Virus record (IMG/VR): IMGVR_UViG_3300042888_001738
Span: 1 to 64,000 of that record
DNA from: a virus
Reading direction: 5' to 3' (one strand)
Length of the DNA stretch: 64,000 nucleotides
The notes under the pieces are model-generated. The model did no database searches. It was given only the letters and a program-made list of their open reading frames with translations, and was not told the DNA's origin. Position 1 is the first letter of the stretch, and every line of letters begins with the position of its first letter. Position numbers and translations under genes: made by a program. Below, piece after piece: positions 28,605 to 38,454 of the stretch.

Positions 28605-29286
28605 ATTTGATTTTAATGTTTTCATTAAACCTTATAAAGAATTTTTAATCAAAAGTGGTATTACCAGATTAAATTATTATGAATATGTTTTGAATAAACT
28701 ATATTCGTTAAATCGACCGATCACGGTAATTGAAACCGGTACTATGTGGAATAATCTAGAAGACAATCAAGGTGCGTTCACATTAGTTTTTTCTGATTTT
28801 ATTAAAAACTATACTGGTGGTAAACTTATAACTGTCGACATTTCACAAACACACATGGATAATTGTAAAAAATATACCGAACAATATGGTGATGTAATTG
28901 AATATGTTGTGTCAGATTCGGTGTCATACCTAACATCACTGAGTGATGATTTTATTAAAAACACTGATTTTATTTTTTTCGATTCATACGATTTGAATCT
29001 AACCGACCCAATACCTTCAGAAATTCATCACTTAAGAGAATTACTTGCGGTTTATGATAGATTATCGGAAGATGTAATATTGGCGGTTGATGATAACCTG
29101 ATGCCGGGTAATTGGATTGAGTGGCTTATGTATGACAACAATGCTAACTTGATAAATAAAACGATCGTTACTGCGGAAAAAGAAATTATAGGGAAAGGTA
29201 CTTTAATCAATAGATTTCTGTTAGATAACAATTGGAAAAGAACGAATGATAATTTATCATCATGTTTGTTAGGATATGAAAGATAA
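28597..29286 (+). CDS. class I SAM-dependent methyltransferase (Methyltransf_24-like)
   Basis: VIETGT, TVDI, SDSV..L, DFIFFDSYD and AVDD motifs. Confidence 0.75.
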   Translation: MNKFDFNVFIKPYKEFLIKSGITRLNYYEYVLNKLYSLNRPITVIETGTMWNNLEDNQGAFTLVFSDFIKNYTGGKLITVDISQTHMDNCKKYTEQYGDVIEYVVSDSVSYLTSLSDDFIKNTDFIFFDSYDLNLTDPIPSEIHHLRELLAVYDRLSEDVILAVDDNLMPGNWIEWLMYDNNANLINKTIVTAEKEIIGKGTLINRFLLDNNWKRTNDNLSSCLLGYER

Positions 29287-29315
29287 ACCTAACATCAATT
29301 ATACATTCTGAAATT

Positions 29316-29705
29316 ATGATATACAACCCAAAGATATACGTAGATAAAAGCCCAATCCATGGTTGGGGTGTTTTTGCTAAAGAAGACATAATGGAAGGTG
29401 AGGTTTTTGAGGAATGTCCGGTTCTTACCTTACCAATAGAAAAAGGTGAGATAACTTCACTACTAGTTGATTATAGATTTAATTGGCCTCAGGGGAACGA
29501 CTTTGAAGAGCAAGTAGTAACTTTAGGTTATGGTAGTTTATATAATCACAGCAACAATGCAAACGCTTACTGGGTGTCAGATCTTGAAAACAAAACCTTC
29601 AAATTTATTTCCAACAGAGAAATAAAGAAAGATGAAGAAATTTTTGTTTGGTATGGTGATGTGAGTTATTGGAACGATGGTAGAACTTACACAAACGTTA
29701 TATAA
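29316..29705 (+). CDS. SET-domain protein-lysine methyltransferase
   Basis: SPIHGWGVFA, YNHS..AN and I.KDEEIFVWYG. Confidence 0.9.
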   Translation: MIYNPKIYVDKSPIHGWGVFAKEDIMEGEVFEECPVLTLPIEKGEITSLLVDYRFNWPQGNDFEEQVVTLGYGSLYNHSNNANAYWVSDLENKTFKFISNREIKKDEEIFVWYGDVSYWNDGRTYTNVI

Positions 29706-29731
29706 GGTTCTTTTTAATTTGTGTTCGTAAG

Positions 29732-29739
29732 TATTTATA
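29732..29739 (+). promoter_or_regulatory. TATTTATA putative late promoter
   Basis: 13 nt before the ATG at 29753. Confidence 0.6.
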
Positions 29740-29752
29740 GAATAAAAGTTAA

Positions 29753-30058
29753 ATGCCAAACTACGTCCAAATAAATTCTGTAACAGGTACACCACCATAC
29801 ACAGTCTCTGTATGTGATCAGACCTACACGTATTGTTATTTGGTGACAGGATCAACATCATTACCAACACCATACTTGTTTATGGTACCACCACCCCTTA
29901 CTAATGTTACAGACATTATACTACAGATAACAGATGCATTGGGTTGTGAATATTTTATCGCACTATCTTGTGGTACATATTATGGTAAAGAGTTTGAGGA
30001 CTTTGCAATATTCATGTTCCAAGACTTCGACATATATTTATATGAGGGTCCACCTTAA
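29753..30058 (+). CDS. small Cys-containing beta-rich virion protein
   Basis: GTPPYTVSVC...ITDALGC Ig/SprB-like pattern; preceded by the late motif. Confidence 0.5.
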   Translation: MPNYVQINSVTGTPPYTVSVCDQTYTYCYLVTGSTSLPTPYLFMVPPPLTNVTDIILQITDALGCEYFIALSCGTYYGKEFEDFAIFMFQDFDIYLYEGPP

Positions 30059-30109
30059 TTTCATTTATAAATCAATTTACAAGTAAACAATGTTTAATAT
30101 TTTTTCTGT

Positions 30110-31354
30110 ATGAGAATATTCGTACAGATAGCATCCTATCGAGATCCACAGCTTATACCAACAATTAAATCTATGTTGGAAAATTCAAAGAAACCAAAGA
30201 ATTTAAGATTTGGTATTGCAAGACAATTTCATCCCGAAGATGGTTTTGATAATTTAGAAGAATTTGTTGGGGACGATCGTTTCCGTATTTTAGATATCCC
30301 ATATACAGAATCAAAAGGAGTTTGTTGGGCAAGACACCTAACACAACAACTCTATGATGGTGAGGAATATACTTTACAAATTGATTCTCATATGAGATTT
30401 GAAAAGAATTGGGACGATGAGTTTATAAAAATGATAAAACAATTACAAAAGAAAGGTCATAAAAAACCTTTATTAACTGGTTATGTTTCATCGTTTGATC
30501 CCGAGAATGATCCCCAAGGTAGAGTCGATGTTCCGTGGAGAATGGCGTTTGATAGATTTACACCTGAAGGTGTTGTATTCTTTTTACCTGAAACTATACC
30601 AGGATGGAAGGAACTTAAAGAACCGATTCCCGCAAGATTTTATTCCGCACACTTCTGTTTCACTTTAGGTCAATTCTCAACTGAAGTACAACACGATCCT
30701 GAATTTTATTTTCACGGTGAAGAAATATCAATCACCGTAAGATCTTACACACACGGGTACGACTTATTCCACCCACATAAAGTTTTGATTTGGCACGAAT
30801 ATACCCGAAAAGGTAGAACAAAACAGTGGGACGACGACAAGGAATGGTATAAGAAAAACATGTCGTGTCATATTAAGAATAGACAATTACTTGGTGTTGA
30901 TGGTGAGAAATATAGTGGGGATACTTCAGAATGGTTTGGTACTGAAAGAACTATTAGAGATTATGAAAAATATGCCGGACTTCTGTTTGAGACAAGAGGA
31001 GTACAACAAGAAACAATAGATAAGAAATATCCGCCAAACACTTATGAATTTGAGAATGAAGAAGAATGGAAAAAATCATTCTCAAGTATTTTTAAACATT
31101 GTATTGATTTGGATTTAAAACAAGTACCTGAAACCGATTATGATTTTTGGGTTGTTGCTTTCCATGATAAAGATCACAACACTTTATTTAGACAAGATGC
31201 TGATGCAAATGAAATTGCAAGAATAAAATCCGATCCTGATGGTTATGGTAAGGTGTGGAGAGAATTCCATTCAACACAAGTACCAGCATATTGGGTAGTT
31301 TGGCCTCACTCCGTTTCTAAAGATTGGTGTGATAGAATTGTGGGTAATTTATAA
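30110..31354 (+). CDS. GT60-like polypeptide GlcNAc-transferase (Skp1-GlcNAcT / GlcNAc family)
   Basis: IFVQIASYRD, GVCWAR, LQIDSHMRF, FHGEE, GYD.F.P, WHEY and GTERT..DYE motifs. Confidence 0.85.
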   Translation: MRIFVQIASYRDPQLIPTIKSMLENSKKPKNLRFGIARQFHPEDGFDNLEEFVGDDRFRILDIPYTESKGVCWARHLTQQLYDGEEYTLQIDSHMRFEKNWDDEFIKMIKQLQKKGHKKPLLTGYVSSFDPENDPQGRVDVPWRMAFDRFTPEGVVFFLPETIPGWKELKEPIPARFYSAHFCFTLGQFSTEVQHDPEFYFHGEEISITVRSYTHGYDLFHPHKVLIWHEYTRKGRTKQWDDDKEWYKKNMSCHIKNRQLLGVDGEKYSGDTSEWFGTERTIRDYEKYAGLLFETRGVQQETIDKKYPPNTYEFENEEEWKKSFSSIFKHCIDLDLKQVPETDYDFWVVAFHDKDHNTLFRQDADANEIARIKSDPDGYGKVWREFHSTQVPAYWVVWPHSVSKDWCDRIVGNL

Positions 31355-31357
31355 AAT

Positions 31358-33025
31358 ATGATAACACTAGTAACAGGTCTTTGGGATATTGGTCGTGGTA
31401 ATCTTTCAGAAGGTTGGTCTAGGTCCTTTGATTATTATTTAAAAAAGTTTGAGAATCTACTTCAGGTTGATTGTAATTTGATAATATTTGGTGATCGTGA
31501 GTTAGAGGTATTTGTCAATCAAAGAAGAAAGAAAGAAAATACTCAATTTGTTTTAAGGGATTTGGATTGGTTTAGACAAAATGAATTCTATGGTCAAATA
31601 CAACAAATAAGAAATAGTCCTAAGTGGTATAATCTTGCTGGATGGTTAAAAGATTCAACACAAGCTAGATTAGAAATGTATAATCCTTTGGTTATGTCAA
31701 AGATGTTTATTCTTCATGATGCATTACTCTTAGATGGATTTAATTCGGAGAAACTATATTGGATTGATGCGGGATTGGCAAATACCGTTAATATGGGTTA
31801 TTTCACTCACGATGATGTGTTAAATAAAATTGATAATCTTTTTGATAATTTCACTTTTGTTTGTTTCCCATATCAAGCGGATCGTGAAATTCATGGTTTC
31901 GACATTGATAAAATGACACAACTTACAGGTGTTAGGGTTGATAAAGTTGCTAGAGGAGGATTTTTTGGTGGTACCAAAGAGTTAATTACCCAAATGAATA
32001 CTCTATATTATAACCTAATGAAGACGACTTTAGGGAGAGGTTTAATGGGAACCGAAGAAAGTTTATTTTCAATATTATTATATAATAACCCAACGATTAC
32101 AGAGTATGCTGAAATTAATTCCGATGGATTACTACTCAAATTTTTTGAGGATGTAAAAAACAACTCAGTTCAAATTAAAACTATGTCTGGTGACAAAAAG
32201 ATTGAGGTTAAAACAAATGGTGATATTGGATTGTATGTTATTAGTTTTAATAGCCCAAACCAATTCCAAACCTTAATAGATTCTATGATGAGTTATGACC
32301 CTGAGTTTATTAGTAAGACAAGGAAGTTCTTATTAAATAATTCAACGGATTTAACAACAACACCTGAATATGTAAGATTGTGTAATCAATACGGATTTGA
32401 ACACATTAAAAAAGATAACATAGGTATTACTGGTGGTCGTGTCTTTATTGCTGAACATTTTGATAATTCAGACATGGATTATTACGTATTCTTTGAGGAT
32501 GATATGTTTTTTTATAATGGGGTGGACAAAACATGTAAAAATGGTTTTAACAGAAAAACTAAAAATTTATATAAAAAAGTTTTACAAATTACCAGAAAAG
32601 AACAATTTGATTTTCTTAAGTTTAATTTTACAGAGTTTTATGGGAGTCATGAAAATCAGTGGTCTTGGTTTAACGTAGATCAAGAATTTAGAAAAACACA
32701 TTGGCCTTTTAATCAGAACTTAGCTCACCATGGAGAAAGTCCAAACGTACCAAAATTAGAATTCAAAAACATTAAATCACACGAAGGTGTACCATATGCG
32801 ACAGGTGAAGTTTATTTATCAAATTGGCCAATCATATTATCTCGTGAAGGAAATTATAAATGTTACGTTGAAACTAAGTTTGATCATCCTTATGAACAAA
32901 CTCTTATGTCTCACTGTTACAAACAAACAGTTAAAGGTAGAATTAATGCGGGTGTGTTATTAATGACACCAACTGATCATAATAGATTTGATCATTACGA
33001 AGGACATTTGAGAAAAGAATTCTAA
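31358..33025 (+). CDS. HtrL/YibB-like protein fused to GT-A-like domain
   Basis: N-terminal TLVTGLWDIGR, WIDAG and GGFFGG; C-terminal FFEDDM. Confidence 0.7.
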   Translation: MITLVTGLWDIGRGNLSEGWSRSFDYYLKKFENLLQVDCNLIIFGDRELEVFVNQRRKKENTQFVLRDLDWFRQNEFYGQIQQIRNSPKWYNLAGWLKDSTQARLEMYNPLVMSKMFILHDALLLDGFNSEKLYWIDAGLANTVNMGYFTHDDVLNKIDNLFDNFTFVCFPYQADREIHGFDIDKMTQLTGVRVDKVARGGFFGGTKELITQMNTLYYNLMKTTLGRGLMGTEESLFSILLYNNPTITEYAEINSDGLLLKFFEDVKNNSVQIKTMSGDKKIEVKTNGDIGLYVISFNSPNQFQTLIDSMMSYDPEFISKTRKFLLNNSTDLTTTPEYVRLCNQYGFEHIKKDNIGITGGRVFIAEHFDNSDMDYYVFFEDDMFFYNGVDKTCKNGFNRKTKNLYKKVLQITRKEQFDFLKFNFTEFYGSHENQWSWFNVDQEFRKTHWPFNQNLAHHGESPNVPKLEFKNIKSHEGVPYATGEVYLSNWPIILSREGNYKCYVETKFDHPYEQTLMSHCYKQTVKGRINAGVLLMTPTDHNRFDHYEGHLRKEF

Positions 33026-33031
33026 ACGAAG

Positions 33032-33038
33032 TATTTAT
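33032..33038 (+). promoter_or_regulatory. TATTTAT putative late promoter
   Basis: 14 nt before the ATG at 33053. Confidence 0.55.
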
Positions 33039-33052
33039 TGATAAAAGGTTTA

Positions 33053-34609
33053 ATGGAATTCTTTATCAAGAAAAATGCGACGCTACCTGTATTAAAAATT
33101 AACGTAATAAAAGACGGTAGAAGTGACTACAATAGATCCATGAAGTTTCTATCTGAAACTGACGTGTTCTTTTCTATGGTAGACACCGCAACTAATATCC
33201 CAAGAATTACTACAAGACCTGCTGGTTTGATGTCTAAAATTGCACCATTAACAGCATCCACTTCAGATTATTATGTGTATTATCAGTTCACACCATTTGA
33301 TACTAAAAAAGTTGGTAGATATAAAGGTCAGTTTCTTTTTAGGGATGATACAGGTATTTTAATACTACCATTAAACGAGGACATCTACATTAACGTAACC
33401 GATAGTTTTGTTTTAGATGAAATGGAGTTCCAAAGTTGTTATGTTGTTGATTACCCATGTTGTTCTGGATTCATACCAACACCACCAGGACCTGTACCAC
33501 CAGGACCAACAACAACGAGTACAACATTCTTACCATCAACAACAACAAGTACAACAACACCAATAACCACAACAACGTCAACGGCGATACCTTGTGAAGT
33601 GTGTACTTCAGGTGCGACTTTACCACAACTTTTACAGACGGTAATATATAACGATATTAGATTATCACCAGGAACTGTTCTACCTACCGATATAACCGCA
33701 ACAACCTCAAGTACTGTTATGACTTGTTTTGAGGAATTAGAGGGTCCATCATCAGGTAATTTACTTTTAGGTAGTACATCACCATTCAATTATAACATAA
33801 CCTTTATCGGTGGTCCGGTAAATGATGTCGTATTTAGATTTATTAATTATGAAAAAACCTCAACGACAACAGAATCATTTACAATTTTAACACAAAGACT
33901 TGATGGTTTAGAAATGACACCAACGATTACCGCTTGTGAATATTGTTGTGCAACAATTAGTGGTAATACAATTACTGCTGGTGATAATACAGATTGTGAA
34001 ATAGGAAGTGGTTATTTTAGGATAAGTACTGAATTCCCATATAGTAATATATCTATATCAGGTACGGGAGGAAATGGAGGAACTATTGTTGACGTATGTG
34101 AAGAAACCGTTAAAAAACCTGAAATAAGATCAACAGCATGGTCAATATCACCAGGTGTTGCAGACGGTAGATATTTTTGTAGTCGAGACACGGCAGAATT
34201 TACAACTATTTTTACAGTAGAATCCCCAACTTTACAAGTCGGAATGCAATTATTTGCTGATCAGTATCTCACAATGCCAATTACCTTTCTTTTAGAAACT
34301 TCATTCTATACTGTTTTAGAAAGGGATTATGTTGCACTGACTGAGAGATATTCATTTATAACAACAGGTTCATCACAACAATACACACAAAATCAATATG
34401 TTGGTGGGATTTTAAATTGTAGTGGACCAATTCCTTGTCGAGAACTTACAATAACAAGAACAAACCCAAATGGTAGTTTAGTAAGATGGTACGATTGTAA
34501 CGCCATTCTTAGTGGTCAACAAATTGGTTTAGGTCAAACGATTACTATTTGTGGGTCTTTCAGAATACAACAATCTAATGCGTCAACAACAATAGGTCCT
34601 AATTGTTAA
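33053..34609 (+). CDS. virion structural protein (BppU-like N-domain, Thr/Pro linker, Cys-rich C-domains)
   Basis: Probable start MEFFIKKNATLPVLK; YVYYQF...DT...GRY.GQF; PTTTSTT linker. Confidence 0.6.
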   Translation: MEFFIKKNATLPVLKINVIKDGRSDYNRSMKFLSETDVFFSMVDTATNIPRITTRPAGLMSKIAPLTASTSDYYVYYQFTPFDTKKVGRYKGQFLFRDDTGILILPLNEDIYINVTDSFVLDEMEFQSCYVVDYPCCSGFIPTPPGPVPPGPTTTSTTFLPSTTTSTTTPITTTTSTAIPCEVCTSGATLPQLLQTVIYNDIRLSPGTVLPTDITATTSSTVMTCFEELEGPSSGNLLLGSTSPFNYNITFIGGPVNDVVFRFINYEKTSTTTESFTILTQRLDGLEMTPTITACEYCCATISGNTITAGDNTDCEIGSGYFRISTEFPYSNISISGTGGNGGTIVDVCEETVKKPEIRSTAWSISPGVADGRYFCSRDTAEFTTIFTVESPTLQVGMQLFADQYLTMPITFLLETSFYTVLERDYVALTERYSFITTGSSQQYTQNQYVGGILNCSGPIPCRELTITRTNPNGSLVRWYDCNAILSGQQIGLGQTITICGSFRIQQSNASTTIGPNC

Positions 34610-34628
34610 CCAACTTTTAGTTTCCGAG

Positions 34629-34636
34629 TATTTATA
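34629..34636 (+). promoter_or_regulatory. TATTTATA putative late promoter
   Basis: 13 nt before the ATG at 34650. Confidence 0.6.
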
Positions 34637-34649
34637 GTTAAAAGAATTG

Positions 34650-35489
34650 ATGGAATTTACAATAGGTCAGAACGCGTCATTACCGGTACTTAAAATGCAA
34701 GTAGTAAATGACGGTACGCAAAGTTTTGAGGATATGATGGAATTCATAGAAAGATCATCAATCTTTTTTTCTATGGTCGGTACCGATAATGGTATACCAA
34801 AAGTATATACAAAATCGGCAGGGTTTGTTGAGAAACTCGATATGGATCCAAATGCAGCACCTGAATATTATGTTTATTACAGATTTACACAACAGGATAC
34901 AAGTAGGATTGGTAGATATGAAGGTCAGTTTATGTTTATAAATGAAGACGGTACTTTGGTTTTACCAATAAGAGAATCATTATTTATAAATGTTGTTGAA
35001 AGTTTTATTTCCGATAGTTTACCTTATAATAGTTGTTATACATTAAACTATAGTTGTTGTACGACACCGTTCCCATCACCAACACCAACACCAACCAAAG
35101 CACCTGTCATTAGCCCAACACCATCACCCTCAACTACACCAACACCTACAGTAACACCAACACCTACTCAAACACCTAACCAACCTATTTGTCCTCACCC
35201 TGTTATGCAGACTTTGGTTTATGGTACAGATCAATTTGGTCCGTTTGATACTCAAGAGAAAATTTGTTACGCATATCTTTGTTTCTCACAGGGTAATTGT
35301 ACTACTTCTGATTATCTTGTTAGATTCTTCAACCTACCAACGTTAAATGTAGGTTCTTTAATGTTTGATAATGAAATCTCTTGTTATAAAACAAATGATA
35401 CAGGATATTTCTTAACAAATTACGAAGGTGGTTATAGAATGTTCTATGCAACTGATGGTGTAATCACAGAAATAATTGATTGTGATTAA
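34650..35489 (+). CDS. paralogue of 33053 protein with (PT)n linker
   Basis: MEFTIGQNASLPVLK...YVYYRF...GRYEGQF...LPI, followed by PT repeats. Confidence 0.6.
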   Translation: MEFTIGQNASLPVLKMQVVNDGTQSFEDMMEFIERSSIFFSMVGTDNGIPKVYTKSAGFVEKLDMDPNAAPEYYVYYRFTQQDTSRIGRYEGQFMFINEDGTLVLPIRESLFINVVESFISDSLPYNSCYTLNYSCCTTPFPSPTPTPTKAPVISPTPSPSTTPTPTVTPTPTQTPNQPICPHPVMQTLVYGTDQFGPFDTQEKICYAYLCFSQGNCTTSDYLVRFFNLPTLNVGSLMFDNEISCYKTNDTGYFLTNYEGGYRMFYATDGVITEIIDCD

Positions 35490-35504
35490 AATTTAACTCA
35501 CATA

Positions 35505-35536
35505 TTGATAAGGGTATTTTTTACTCCTATATTTAT
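35505..35536 (+). promoter_or_regulatory. sigma70-like promoter TTGATA-N17-TATATT (overlaps TATTTAT)
   Basis: -35 at 35505-10 and -10 at 35528-33, upstream of the DNA polymerase. Confidence 0.5.
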
Positions 35537-35592
35537 TTACGAAGGTAAATGTCGACCTTATTCGACAGCTAATGGACCAAAAGTAAATTTAT

Positions 35593-38454
35593 ATGATATC
35601 ACAAGAAGAAATTGAAAGCTTCCTTGTGGGTAATGACCCCGAGGAATATATCGTATCCGTAGAGTACGATTATGTATCCGACAAAATCTACAAAATAAAA
35701 GAAATTCCTGGTAAAGGTAAACAGATCCATCGTGACACTCTAATCTCATTTGCATGGGTTGGTGATCTACGTGGTCAGAACTTTTACTCATCATCCAAAG
35801 CTTTACAGAAAGAAGCCATGTCTAAACATGGTATCATCATCGAGAAACTTCGAACTGATGGTAATGATCGTTTAGAACGAGGACTCACCTTTATGGTTAA
35901 GTCAATGAAAGGTTATAGAAACCTCATTCAATTCTTTAGAGAAGGTGGTGTAGATCCTTGGGGTGAAAAAACCAAAGATCTTGTTATGGTATTACCCCCC
36001 GTTGAGCAATACCTCATCTCAAAAGAGAAAAGACTATTCAAGGGATTCGAGGAATACAACGACATTACGAGGATGGTATTCGACTTGGAGACGACCTCAC
36101 TTGAGCCCAAGGATGGTCGTATCTTTATGATTGGAGTTAAAACAAACAAAGGATTTAGAAAAGTAATCGAGTGTGCAACACCTGACGATGAAAGAAGAGG
36201 CCTTGTGGAGTTCTTCAATTTAATTGACGAACACAAACCATCAATTCTTTCAGGATACAATTCATTTAACTTCGACTGGTATTGGATTTACGAAAGATGT
36301 AAGATGTTGAATCTTGACATTAAGAAAATTGCAAAGTCCCTCAATCCTGAAAAAAGTATTTCAACTAAGGAATCTATGTTGAAACTCGCCAACGAGGTTG
36401 AAAAGTTTAACCAAACTCAAATGTGGGGTTACAACATTATTGATATCCTTCACTCAGTTCGTCGTGCACAAGCAATCAACTCAAACATCAAAGAAGCTGG
36501 TTTGAAGTATATTACCAAATATATTGAAGCAGAAGCACCTGATCGTGTTTATGTTGATCACGATAAAATTGGATCTATGTATCGTGAAAAAGAAGACTAT
36601 TGGTTGAACATAGAGAATGGTAAGTACAAAAAAGTTGGTGTGGACCCGAAGATCGATGATGTATGTGGTAGACACTCAAGTGTGTATATTAAAACAACAG
36701 GGGACGACATTATTGAGCGTTATCTTGACGATGACTTGGAAGAAACTCTATTGGTTGACGAAGAATTCAATCAAGGTTCATTCTTGTTGGCGTCATTACT
36801 TCCAACAACATATGAAAGAGTTTCAACGATGGGTACAGCAACATTATGGAAAATGTTGATGTTAGCTTGGTCTTATAAACACGGACTTGCAATTCCTGCT
36901 AAGAATGATAAAGGAAACTTCGTAGGAGGACTTTCTCGTCTGATCCGAACAGGATACTCAAGAAACGTTCTAAAACTTGACTACTCGTCTCTATACCCAT
37001 CTATTCAGTTGGTACACGATGTATTCCCCGAGTGTGATGTGACAGGTGCGATGAAAGGTTTATTATCTTACTTCCGTAATACTCGTATCAAATACAAACA
37101 ACTTGCTGAGGAATACGCAACGATTGATAAAAAGAAATCAACTTCTTATGACCGTAAACAATTACCAATTAAGATCTTTATCAACTCGATGTTCGGTGCC
37201 TTGTCAGCCCCACAGGTTTTCCATTGGGGTGATATGGATAAAGGTGAGATGATTACTTGTACGGGTCGTCAGTATCTTCGTATGATGATTCACTTCTTTA
37301 TGGATCGTGGGTATACACCACTTGTAATGGACACGGATGGTATTAACTTCTCAGTTCCTGAAGGTGTGGAGACAAGAAGATACGTCGGTAAGGGTTTGAA
37401 TTGGAAAGTTGTTGATGGTAAAGAATATATTGGTGAAGAAGCGGATGTAATGGAATTTAATGATCTTGCGATGAGAGGTGAGATGGCACTTGATACTGAC
37501 GGACAATGGCCAGCATGTATTAACTTGGCTCGTAAGAACTACGCACTTATCACCGCTAAAGGTAAGATCAAACTTACAGGGAACTCAATCAAATCTAAGA
37601 AAATGCCAATCTATATTGAGAAGTTTTTGGATAAGGGGATTAAGTTATTACTTGATGGTAAAGGGCAAGAGTTTGTTGAGTGGTATTACGAATACGTACA
37701 AAAGATCTTTGATCAAAAGATTCCGTTAATGGACATTGCAAACAAGGCTAAGATCAAACAAAGTATTGATGATTATATTGCTAGAAGTAAAACTAAAACT
37801 AAGGCGGGAGCTTTAATGTCAAGACAAGCACATATGGAGTTGGCAATTAGAGATAAGTTAAATGCGAATCTTGGTGAGGTAATATTTTATGTGAATAACG
37901 GAACCAAAGCTTCTCATGGTGATGTTCAGAAAGTTAACAAACCAAAGAAAGGGTGGAATCAAGAACACATTGATACATACATGTCAAATTATGGTACAAC
38001 AATACCTGAATCTGCAGAATCAATCATACAATTAAATTGTTATAGAATTGACCCATCTGATATCGAAAGTAACCCAACCATGACAGGACAGTATAATATC
38101 CAAAGAGCGATTGCAACGTTTAATAAAAGGGTTGAGCCCTTGTTAGTTGTGTTCCAACAAGAAGTTAGAAATGGTTTATTAGTTAAGAACCCTGAAGATA
38201 GACCTTTCTTCACTAAAGTTCAGTGTGAGTTGATTAATGGTCAACCATTTGATGAAGGTGATCAAGATAAGTTAGAAGATGTAATGGAAATCTCCGATGA
38301 GGAAATGTCTTTTTGGGATAGGGTTGGTGAGACTCCATATCATATGTATAAAGATGCAGACTCTTATATGTGGAGATATCTACCTGATGAAAAATTATTC
38401 CATCTTGAGACCATCGGAGGAGAGAATATACCACACACCTCTGACGTTCTTTAA
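35593..38454 (+). CDS. polB: family B DNA polymerase
   Basis: Exo I FDLET, Exo II YNSFNFD, motif A DYSSLYPS, motif B K...NSMFG and motif C DTDG. Confidence 0.95.
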   Translation: MISQEEIESFLVGNDPEEYIVSVEYDYVSDKIYKIKEIPGKGKQIHRDTLISFAWVGDLRGQNFYSSSKALQKEAMSKHGIIIEKLRTDGNDRLERGLTFMVKSMKGYRNLIQFFREGGVDPWGEKTKDLVMVLPPVEQYLISKEKRLFKGFEEYNDITRMVFDLETTSLEPKDGRIFMIGVKTNKGFRKVIECATPDDERRGLVEFFNLIDEHKPSILSGYNSFNFDWYWIYERCKMLNLDIKKIAKSLNPEKSISTKESMLKLANEVEKFNQTQMWGYNIIDILHSVRRAQAINSNIKEAGLKYITKYIEAEAPDRVYVDHDKIGSMYREKEDYWLNIENGKYKKVGVDPKIDDVCGRHSSVYIKTTGDDIIERYLDDDLEETLLVDEEFNQGSFLLASLLPTTYERVSTMGTATLWKMLMLAWSYKHGLAIPAKNDKGNFVGGLSRLIRTGYSRNVLKLDYSSLYPSIQLVHDVFPECDVTGAMKGLLSYFRNTRIKYKQLAEEYATIDKKKSTSYDRKQLPIKIFINSMFGALSAPQVFHWGDMDKGEMITCTGRQYLRMMIHFFMDRGYTPLVMDTDGINFSVPEGVETRRYVGKGLNWKVVDGKEYIGEEADVMEFNDLAMRGEMALDTDGQWPACINLARKNYALITAKGKIKLTGNSIKSKKMPIYIEKFLDKGIKLLLDGKGQEFVEWYYEYVQKIFDQKIPLMDIANKAKIKQSIDDYIARSKTKTKAGALMSRQAHMELAIRDKLNANLGEVIFYVNNGTKASHGDVQKVNKPKKGWNQEHIDTYMSNYGTTIPESAESIIQLNCYRIDPSDIESNPTMTGQYNIQRAIATFNKRVEPLLVVFQQEVRNGLLVKNPEDRPFFTKVQCELINGQPFDEGDQDKLEDVMEISDEEMSFWDRVGETPYHMYKDADSYMWRYLPDEKLFHLETIGGENIPHTSDVL

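Noticed and set aside
35593-38454. Intein or intron in the DNA polymerase
   Set aside because: Motifs A, B and C are normally spaced, and no intein splice-junction or LAGLIDADG signature was seen.
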